32,006 bases of DNA from a virus (Duplodnaviria; Caudoviricetes): positions 1 through 32,006 of the IMG/VR virus record IMGVR_UViG_3300044657_000677; one strand, written 5' to 3'. A program made the position numbers and the translations under genes. The notes under the pieces are model-generated. The model saw only the letters and a program-made list of their open reading frames with translations. It searched no databases and was not told where the DNA came from. Shown in pieces: positions 18,148 to 25,561 of this stretch. How positions within the stretch are numbered: the stretch's first letter is position 1; each line of letters opens with the position of its first letter.

Positions 18148-18224
18148 ATAATGCATACGGTAAACCCGCAAAACCGACCAGAAAACCAACCAGGAAACCA
18201 ACCAGGAAACCAAAAAAGAGGTAA
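18144..18224 (+). CDS. 26-aa basic peptide with KPTR repeats (absent from the ORF track)
   Basis: ATGA overlap with the upstream stop; reads MNNAYGKPAKPTRKPTRKPTRKPKKR*, encoded by 12-bp tandem repeats at 18171-18213. Confidence 0.65.
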   Translation: MNNAYGKPAKPTRKPTRKPTRKPKKR

Positions 18225-18227
18225 TAT

Positions 18228-18488
18228 ATGAATAAATTTAAATTGGCATTTGAAATAGCCAGATTCGTGTTATTTGTGATAGGCTCGATTAAGGATTTAG
18301 TACTCGAAGCAGAGGAACAGTTGCCAGAGTCGGGTAAAGGTCATGAAAAATTCGCTGCTGTTAAAAAGGCGGTAATCATTGCGGCAAAATATGCAGACAT
18401 TGCCGACGAAGCAGTAGATAAAGTTGACGATTTTATTGATGAGCAGATCGAAGGTGCAGTTGGTAAGTTTATTAATGCCACCAACTAA
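18228..18488 (+). CDS. hypothetical protein, possibly a single-TM holin-like protein
   Basis: GAGGT SD; hydrophobic N-terminal helix then EAE....SGKGHEKF; directly upstream of the endolysin. Confidence 0.6.
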   Translation: MNKFKLAFEIARFVLFVIGSIKDLVLEAEEQLPESGKGHEKFAAVKKAVIIAAKYADIADEAVDKVDDFIDEQIEGAVGKFINATN

Positions 18489-18879
18489 ATTTACATATCG
18501 CAATTTTACGCGCACAGAATTTGCCTGTAAGTGTGGACAATGCGAATCGACCGGCAGTGAAATCTCGGGCGATCTTCTCGATGCACTCCAGGCACTGCGC
18601 ACAATGTGTGACTTCCCCTTCATAATATCTTCGGGTTATAGATGCCCATCACACCCAATCGAAAAGAAAAAGGTAAAAGCCGGAACTCATGCACTTGGGC
18701 TGGCAGTGGATATTTCCGTCAGCCATGGTGAAGCTGTACTTCTGCTAAATCTTGCCCTAGCCAGTAAGCTATTTACTGGCATAGGTGTGCAGCAGAAAGG
18801 CTCCGGACGTTTTATCCACCTAGACATAGCAGATGATTACGAAGTCGACTCACCACGGCCAACCATCTGGTCGTATTGA
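18475..18879 (+). CDS. endolysin, peptidase M15 family
   Basis: NFTRTEFACKCG, SSGYRCPSH, H..GLAVD and FIHLD zinc-peptidase motifs; likely start ATG 18475. Confidence 0.92.
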   Translation: MPPTKFTYRNFTRTEFACKCGQCESTGSEISGDLLDALQALRTMCDFPFIISSGYRCPSHPIEKKKVKAGTHALGLAVDISVSHGEAVLLLNLALASKLFTGIGVQQKGSGRFIHLDIADDYEVDSPRPTIWSY

Positions 18880-18880
18880 C

Positions 18881-19018
18881 TTTTATAAGAGACTTAAAAC
18901 TGTCTCTGAAAGACAATATATGAAGGTAGCTGCAACAACTGCAACAAATCTACAAAGAAATTAAAAGGCTTGTTATAAAAGGGCTTTGGGGTGTTTCATC
19001 GTGTAGAGGGTTTGTAGA
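18881..19018 (+). repeat. copy 2 of the long imperfect inverted-repeat element (partner at 699-824)
   Basis: Block-wise match to the reverse complement of 699-824; includes the hairpin TGTCT-CTGAA-AGACA. Confidence 0.92.
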
Positions 19019-19030
19019 CCAGAATTGTCG

Positions 19031-19059
19031 TTGATTCAACGTGGTAAATGTGTTAAAAT
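19031..19059 (+). promoter_or_regulatory. sigma70-like promoter of the replication operon
   Basis: TTGATT(19031-19036)-N17-TAAAAT(19054-19059) with a TG extension. Confidence 0.75.
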
Positions 19060-19090
19060 TACTACTTTATAGCAAATAGAGAATACTAGC

Positions 19091-20623
19091 ATGGAAGAAG
19101 AAGTTCAGAGATTTATGCGTCTGTTCATTGGCAACAACAGATCACACGGGGTTTATCATCCCCAAAATGAAAGAATGGAGACAATCAAGAGTGGTGCCGA
19201 GGAGAGTGATTACATTAATCACTTGGAGGGCTCACGTGGTCTTGGTATTGTTCCGATTATGGATGACGGCAATTGCTGGTTTGGTGCTATTGACATTGAC
19301 GCACATGGCGATGAGCCGGATATTGATTTGTCACAAGTTGAAAGCAGAGTGCGAGACAACGATCTACCGCTTGTGTTGTGCAGGTCCAAATCCGGTGGAG
19401 CACATTTGTATCTTTTTTTGACGGACCCGACACCGGCGACTTTAGTCAGAAAAGCATTAAAAAATTGGGCCGGATTGATTGGTCATGCCGGAGTGGAAAT
19501 ATTTCCAAAGCAAGACAGTCTACCCGCTTCCAACGGGGAGCGACAGTTGGGCAATTGGTTAAATTTGTGCAATTTCCAGAGCGACGATACTATACGATAC
19601 GGCTGGGAGGGTGGTCAGAGGCTTTCTCTGGGGCATTTCCTGGACATCGCAGATAGCAGGAGGGTAAAGGCAGCTACTCTGGTCGAGAAAGCAGCCGGAG
19701 AGTACGGGGAGGCTCCCCCGTGTATCCAGAAAATGCTGACGGATGGGGTTGGGCGAGGACATCGGAACGAAGCCCTCTACAATATCACTCTTTATTATAA
19801 GAAGAGCAGTCCCGAAACCTGGCGCGATAAGGCCATGGATGCAAACGCCAGGGTGTTCACGGATCCGCTTCCGTACAGCGAAGCAAAAAAGACTATCGCC
19901 AGTGCCGGGAGGAGGGATTACAGGTACAAGTGCAAAGAAGAGCCGTGTAGGTCTTCCTGCAATAGCTCGGTATGTGTCAAGAGAAAATACGGCATCACGC
20001 CGGAAGAAAAGAGTGAATTGGAAGTGGGTTCTCTGCCTGATTTCGGCAGGTTAGAAAAGTACAATACCGACCCGGTTAAGTGGGTACTACACGTAGACCA
20101 GGTGCCAATTGTGTTGTCGACACTCGAGCTTATGGATTACAGATCAATTCGTCGAGCAGTTGCCGATAATCTTACTCGTGTGATTCCCACGATGAAAAAT
20201 GACCAATGGGAGGGTATGTTAAATGGAATCATGGGCGAGGCGCGGGTAATTGAGGCTCCGGAGGAGGCCAGTACGTATGGCTTTATTAAGTCTAGGCTGT
20301 TCGAATTCTTTCGCAAGACAGATTTGGCATCGCCAGGCGACCGAATTGCCGACCGAGAAAGCTTAGAACTGGGCGTCCCGGTGGTTCAGCTAAAAGACGA
20401 CATTCGTGTCGTTTATTTTAGGGGTGGAGATTTTATTGATTATTTGAAGAAGAATCGCAGCGAAGAGCTAAAAGGTTCAAATTTGTGGGTTGCCCTTAAG
20501 AAAGTGGGGGTTCAACACGATAAGCTCAGAGTGCGGGATCGGGTGATTGCTGTCTGGTATGTACCATTATCTGAGGACAATGTAATCAAGCTTCAACCCA
20601 AGAAGATGGAGTCTGAAATATGA
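19091..20623 (+). CDS. archaeo-eukaryotic-type primase (primase-polymerase) with a PriCT-like domain
   Basis: AIDID (DxD), RSKSGGAHLY, VEIFPKQ and GNWLNL motifs; PPC...GHRNEALY PriCT-like segment; Cys cluster CKEEPC...C....C. Confidence 0.85.
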   Translation: MEEEVQRFMRLFIGNNRSHGVYHPQNERMETIKSGAEESDYINHLEGSRGLGIVPIMDDGNCWFGAIDIDAHGDEPDIDLSQVESRVRDNDLPLVLCRSKSGGAHLYLFLTDPTPATLVRKALKNWAGLIGHAGVEIFPKQDSLPASNGERQLGNWLNLCNFQSDDTIRYGWEGGQRLSLGHFLDIADSRRVKAATLVEKAAGEYGEAPPCIQKMLTDGVGRGHRNEALYNITLYYKKSSPETWRDKAMDANARVFTDPLPYSEAKKTIASAGRRDYRYKCKEEPCRSSCNSSVCVKRKYGITPEEKSELEVGSLPDFGRLEKYNTDPVKWVLHVDQVPIVLSTLELMDYRSIRRAVADNLTRVIPTMKNDQWEGMLNGIMGEARVIEAPEEASTYGFIKSRLFEFFRKTDLASPGDRIADRESLELGVPVVQLKDDIRVVYFRGGDFIDYLKKNRSEELKGSNLWVALKKVGVQHDKLRVRDRVIAVWYVPLSEDNVIKLQPKKMESEI

Positions 20624-22362
20624 TAATTAGCTATCATAAGGCCAAATTTATTATTGAATGCTCATACAGCGAAAACGTGTTAATTGCAAATCTACCCAGC
20701 AAACGCTATGACAGAAGACGCGATCTTTGGGTAGCTCAAAATTTAAATCGCAATTGCAAATTCCTATTGGAAAATTTGGCTCAGTATCTAACGAATGAAG
20801 CTCTGCTCGTTTGTGAGGAAACAGTCGCAAAGACGCAGGTATCTTATCTGGATTTTCCGATAAATTACGTATTTAAAACTCAGCCGTTTGTTAAGCAAAA
20901 AGAGGCATTGAATCATGCTTACAATTTAAGAAGAAATGCGTTTTTTATGCGAATGGGGACTGGTAAGACTAAAACTGCTATTGATCTGTACACGTGCAGA
21001 TTATTGGAAGGTAAAATTGACGTCGTTTTGGTGGTGTGCCCGTCCAATTTGAAAGAAAATTGGCTCCGAGAAGTCGGGATTCATTGTCCAGTCGAGGATA
21101 TGCCAGTCCATGTTGTGGAAGCTGGACCCAGGGCATCAAAGAGTGCTGAAATTTTTGCGTCCAAGCACGACACACACTATTTAATTGTGGGTGTTGAGTC
21201 TCTGTCGGTTGGAGTGTCCAAAGGAACTGCCTGGGAAGCGGTGGTGTCTGCGATTTACAACAAAAAGATAGGCTTAATCGTTGATGAATCTCATATGTGT
21301 AAAGGCCATGATTCCACCAGATCCAAAAATGTTAAACAGTTGGGGTCTTTTGCCAAATATATGTCGATAATGACTGGTACACCCACAACGCAGGGACCAG
21401 TAGACCTGTATATGCAATTCGAAATTCTGGACCCGAATATACTTGGGTTTGGTGATTATTATTCATTTAGAAATCGTTATTGCGTAATGGGTGGATATGA
21501 AAACAAGCAGATTGTCACTTATCAGAACGTAGACGAACTCACTGAATTGATATCACCTGTTGTTTATCAGTGCGACAAAGATGCCGATATGCCACCGAAG
21601 ACCTACACGATGGTTTCGTGTGAGATGTCTAAAGGACAAAAAGCAGCTTACAAATCAATTGACCAGGAGATGAAATTGCTGTTGCCATCTAATCCGACGA
21701 GCGCGGATTTGGCGATATTTGTCGAACACGCAGTTACGAAGTACGGAATATTGCAGCAAATAACTGGCGGTTTTATCAATTATGACGACCCGGAACAGCC
21801 AATTGTAAAACGTGATGTTGACGGCAACGAGACGATCAAGTATAAACGAAAGGCATCCGTATTGATTGACCCAATGCTTAACCCAAAAATTGTCGAAATC
21901 ATAAGAATTGCCAATGAAGAGTCAGAACGGTCGATAATTATTTGGGCCAAGTATCGCAAAGAGATTGAGATGATTAGTGATGCACTTCGTCGTGAATTTG
22001 GTGATAGCTCAGTTTGTGAATATCATGGAGGCCTAGACACGAAGTCGCGCACGAAATCGGTAGATAACTTCAATGGTGGCCACTCTCGATTTTTCGTCTC
22101 TAACCAGCAAAGTGGTGGTGTAGGCCTCAATTTGGTGGTTTCGGATTTGGCGATATTTTATAGCAATTCGTTTAAGCTTCTAGATCGCGAGCAATCTGAA
22201 GATCGAATACACAGGATTGGCCAGCAGAGTGACAATGTGTTATACATTGATCTCGTGTGCAAAGCTACTAAAGACGGTGAGGTGTTGGAAGCACTAGAGA
22301 AGAAACAAGATTTGGCGACATTTATTAAAAACAGCTTATACGCTATTCAAAATGATCATTGA
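20620..22362 (+). CDS. SNF2-family (SF2) helicase/ATPase
   Basis: MGTGKT, IVDESH, MTGTP, GGVGLNL and QSEDRIHRIGQ motifs. Confidence 0.95.
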   Translation: MIISYHKAKFIIECSYSENVLIANLPSKRYDRRRDLWVAQNLNRNCKFLLENLAQYLTNEALLVCEETVAKTQVSYLDFPINYVFKTQPFVKQKEALNHAYNLRRNAFFMRMGTGKTKTAIDLYTCRLLEGKIDVVLVVCPSNLKENWLREVGIHCPVEDMPVHVVEAGPRASKSAEIFASKHDTHYLIVGVESLSVGVSKGTAWEAVVSAIYNKKIGLIVDESHMCKGHDSTRSKNVKQLGSFAKYMSIMTGTPTTQGPVDLYMQFEILDPNILGFGDYYSFRNRYCVMGGYENKQIVTYQNVDELTELISPVVYQCDKDADMPPKTYTMVSCEMSKGQKAAYKSIDQEMKLLLPSNPTSADLAIFVEHAVTKYGILQQITGGFINYDDPEQPIVKRDVDGNETIKYKRKASVLIDPMLNPKIVEIIRIANEESERSIIIWAKYRKEIEMISDALRREFGDSSVCEYHGGLDTKSRTKSVDNFNGGHSRFFVSNQQSGGVGLNLVVSDLAIFYSNSFKLLDREQSEDRIHRIGQQSDNVLYIDLVCKATKDGEVLEALEKKQDLATFIKNSLYAIQNDH

Positions 22363-22387
22363 CGGTGATCGAATAGTACAGTAAAAT
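22359..22387 (+). promoter_or_regulatory. sigma70-like promoter
   Basis: TTGACG(22359-22364)-N17-TAAAAT(22382-22387), followed by an AGGAG SD and ATG 22410. Confidence 0.75.
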
Positions 22388-22409
22388 TGCAATCTATAGG
22401 AGATAAAGC

Positions 22410-22739
22410 ATGACAGATAAAAAGCCAATTGTTTGGGTGGCACAGGAGGCAAGGAATGTTGATTATTCCGATGCTGAACGATTCGGAGAAGTGCATTTTA
22501 TGACTGCTGACGAATTCAAGCCGCTTGCAAATAGCCATCTCAACCCTGGCATTATTGAGGCGATTGACCGAGCTGCGGCAGCATTCGATCCCACGACAGA
22601 TTCTTTGGTGTTGACTGGCAACCCGGTTGTTATCGGGTACGTGTTCCACAAAGTTCGCGAGAAAGCAGATTGCGGCTTTAATATACTAAGTTGGGACAAA
22701 ATGCGAGGGTGTTACAACTCGTTTGTTTTTACATTTTAA
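22410..22739 (+). CDS. hypothetical phage protein (replication module)
   Basis: AGGAG SD; reads VWVAQE...AERFGEV...DSLVLTGNP...LSWD. Confidence 0.75.
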   Translation: MTDKKPIVWVAQEARNVDYSDAERFGEVHFMTADEFKPLANSHLNPGIIEAIDRAAAAFDPTTDSLVLTGNPVVIGYVFHKVREKADCGFNILSWDKMRGCYNSFVFTF

Positions 22740-22755
22740 TATAGAGGATAGATAT

Positions 22756-23283
22756 ATGAATGAGATTGATGAAAGATTGGAGAGTATTGGGCGGTGCTTG
22801 GCTGAATTGAGGAGAACGGCAGAAGTGCAGGCGGGGGTGTTGCAATTCATCGAGGAAGCGACGTTTGATTCAGATTTCACGGATGCAATGGGCCTGGCTA
22901 AGGCTGCTAAACTCCAGGCGTCGTTTATGGATTTGCATACTGAATTGGATGCTGTCAAATCGCACATGGGCAAAATGTATGATCGGCTGCGGTTTTCTGT
23001 GACGCCTAAATTGCTAGACGACAGTGGTATGAGCAGCGCGAAAGTCGACGGGGTTGGCACCATTGTTGTTGAGGATGACATCCGACTCAAGGTGTTAGAC
23101 CGTGAAGCTGAGTTTGATTGGCTCATGGAAATTGGCAGCGGGGACTTAATTCAAGAAACAATCAATGCTGGCACACTAAAAGCTCTAGTGCGCCGTAGAA
23201 TCAAGGCGGGAGAGGTCATACCGGACAGCATATTTGCAGTGGTCCCTTTTTCTCGCACCAAGATCACCCATCGGGTGAAGTGA
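22756..23283 (+). CDS. hypothetical phage protein with an N-terminal coiled coil
   Basis: GAGGA SD and ATG 22756; FDWL...GSGDLIQETINAGTLKA motif typical of genes preceding phage SSB-like genes. Confidence 0.75.
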   Translation: MNEIDERLESIGRCLAELRRTAEVQAGVLQFIEEATFDSDFTDAMGLAKAAKLQASFMDLHTELDAVKSHMGKMYDRLRFSVTPKLLDDSGMSSAKVDGVGTIVVEDDIRLKVLDREAEFDWLMEIGSGDLIQETINAGTLKALVRRRIKAGEVIPDSIFAVVPFSRTKITHRVK

Positions 23284-23330
23284 CGGCTGGGATAGACCGG
23301 CGTATTTTAAATTAACTAAAGGAAAACATT

Positions 23331-24047
23331 ATGAGTAAGGCAATTAAGAAAAATGAATCAGAGTCAGTGCCAGCATTTCTGAGAGAGTCTTTGAATGATT
23401 TGCGGGGGTCTGAGCAAGTTGAAAACAGTGATATTACGATTCCCAGGATTGAAATAGTGCAGTCGCTGTCAAAAGTTAGAAAGAAAAATGAAGCCAGCTA
23501 CATTCCTGGTATCGAGGAGGGTATGCTATACAACAACGTCACACGAGAGGTTTACGGTGACGAACTCGAAGTTATTCCGGTGTATTTCACGAAAGAATGG
23601 CTCCTTTGGCGTGACGTTGACGCCGGTGGCGGTTTTGGTGGTTCATACCAAACCAGAGAAGATGCCGAGGCAGCAAAGGCTGCGATGGACAACCCCGACG
23701 AGTACGAAAATGTCGAAACGTCACAGCAGTTTGTCTTGATTGTTAAACAGGACGGACTCGAAGAAGCAGTGTTAAGTATGGCTAAATCGAAGTCTAAAGT
23801 CAGCCGCGATTGGAATGCTCTAGTAAGGATGAGTGGCGGACCGCGCTTCTCTCGAAGTTATATCATACAGGGTGTTGCATCTCAAAATAACATGGGCCAG
23901 GATTATTTCAATCTGCGAGTGTCATCAAAGGGATTTGTCAATGAGCATCAATTTGAATATGCTGAAAATGTGTACAATTTGATAACGTCCGGTTCGGTTG
24001 GTGTTGATCGTGGAGTAGATGAAACCGCTTCCGCAGCCGATATGTAA
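23331..24047 (+). CDS. putative single-stranded DNA-binding protein
   Basis: AAGGA SD; DITIPRIEIVQSLS motif, beta-rich core and acidic C-terminus; followed by a terminator. Confidence 0.55.
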   Translation: MSKAIKKNESESVPAFLRESLNDLRGSEQVENSDITIPRIEIVQSLSKVRKKNEASYIPGIEEGMLYNNVTREVYGDELEVIPVYFTKEWLLWRDVDAGGGFGGSYQTREDAEAAKAAMDNPDEYENVETSQQFVLIVKQDGLEEAVLSMAKSKSKVSRDWNALVRMSGGPRFSRSYIIQGVASQNNMGQDYFNLRVSSKGFVNEHQFEYAENVYNLITSGSVGVDRGVDETASAADM

Positions 24048-24061
24048 GATACTCCCCATTG

Positions 24062-24103
24062 ACCCTGGCTGTTTCGGTTGTTTCGGCAGCCAGGGTATTT
24101 TTT
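24062..24103 (+). terminator. Rho-independent terminator
   Basis: ACCCTGGCTG...CAGCCAGGGT 10-bp stem followed by an A and a T-run. Confidence 0.8.
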
Positions 24104-24115
24104 ATAGGTGATAGC

Positions 24116-25561
24116 ATGAAAAGTACGGTCATATATGGTGCGCCCGGCACCGGGAAGACTCGCGAATTGGTGCGGCGGGTTGCGCAAACCACCAAGCGAG
24201 TGCAGCCAGCTATGGTTGGTATCGTGTCGTTTACTAAAGCAGCAGCTACCGAGATCGCTTCTAGAGTTGACCCAGTTTTATCAAAAAATGCTTCAACACT
24301 GCATTCGCTGGCTTACAGGTTGGCCGATATCAGTTCTGAGAGGGTTATTGATCACGATTGGGCTAAGAAATTTTCTTCCGCGTCTGGTATAGAGCTGAGT
24401 CTACGAAAAGATGAAGATATGCAGTCGCTGCCAGAGGGTGCATTTTACCTTTCCTTGTACAATTACGCCAGAGCGACTCTCAATCAAGATTATCGCCAGG
24501 TGTATATGACGAGCCCTGATCTTGGAGCACTCGACAAATTTTTGTATTTTGTAGAATCGTATGAGTCTTTTAAGAATGAATTTGGAGTCGTGGACTTTAA
24601 TGATATGCTGGAAGCAGCGGTAGGGTGTAATCCTGGTTATTCGGTGCTGTTTCTGGATGAGGCCCAGGATTTCACTCCACAGCAGTGGCAGCTTGTCGAA
24701 TCTTGGGTTCCGTTTATATCCGAAATAACACTGGCGGGGGATGATGACCAGGCTATTTACAAGTGGGGTGGCGCAGACCCTCGCGGTATGCCTAAATTCG
24801 CGGCGGCACATGAATCTGAGCAGGTGGTGCTTTCACAGAGTTATCGCGTACCCGCGACGGTCCACCAGCTTGCCACGAAGCTTATCAGTGGTGTTAAGAA
24901 TCGAGTTGTTAAAAAGTATCTACCTCGAGATGATGTTGGTTTGATTCAGAAGTGTGGCGATGCTAGATTGGTCGATTTCTCACACGGGGATGACACTCTG
25001 ATCTTAGTCCGAAATCACTCGCTGCGCGAAGGTGTTGAAGATCAGCTTATCACCAATGGAACCCCGTATATAGCAGAGGGAGCTTGGCCTGGGGCATTGC
25101 AAGATTACCAGGCGAAAGCTGTTAGTCTGTGGTTAAAAGCCGAACGCGCATTCAAGGATGAGGACGCGGAGCCTTTGAACGCCAGGAACGTGTCGGCAAT
25201 TGCACGTGTGGCCAAACAAATGTACAGAACACAAATTGATAAAAACATTGACGTTCTATTAGCCGAGGGTGTTACATGGCAAAGAGCTTTAGCTGTCAAA
25301 AGTCGCAATCAGCGATATCTGGAGTTGGTATTGGCAGAATTTGGTACACTGGCCGTTCAGCCTACCATTAGAATTTGCACAATTCACGGTTCAAAAGGCA
25401 GAGAGGCTGACCATGTTGTTTTGTTGAATGGTCGCACACAAAGAACGGCAGAGAGTCTGGATTTTGATTCTGAGTTGCGCACTTTCTATGTTGGAGTGAC
25501 GCGTACCAAGCGCAAGTTAACCATCGTGCAATCTGACAACGCACTTCTGGAGCTACTGTAA
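24116..25561 (+). CDS. UvrD/Rep-family (SF1) helicase
   Basis: Start ATG 24116 (AGGTG SD); GAPGTGKT, LDEAQD, GDDDQAIY, QSYR, TIHGSKGREAD and YVGVTR motifs. Confidence 0.95.
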   Translation: MKSTVIYGAPGTGKTRELVRRVAQTTKRVQPAMVGIVSFTKAAATEIASRVDPVLSKNASTLHSLAYRLADISSERVIDHDWAKKFSSASGIELSLRKDEDMQSLPEGAFYLSLYNYARATLNQDYRQVYMTSPDLGALDKFLYFVESYESFKNEFGVVDFNDMLEAAVGCNPGYSVLFLDEAQDFTPQQWQLVESWVPFISEITLAGDDDQAIYKWGGADPRGMPKFAAAHESEQVVLSQSYRVPATVHQLATKLISGVKNRVVKKYLPRDDVGLIQKCGDARLVDFSHGDDTLILVRNHSLREGVEDQLITNGTPYIAEGAWPGALQDYQAKAVSLWLKAERAFKDEDAEPLNARNVSAIARVAKQMYRTQIDKNIDVLLAEGVTWQRALAVKSRNQRYLELVLAEFGTLAVQPTIRICTIHGSKGREADHVVLLNGRTQRTAESLDFDSELRTFYVGVTRTKRKLTIVQSDNALLELL

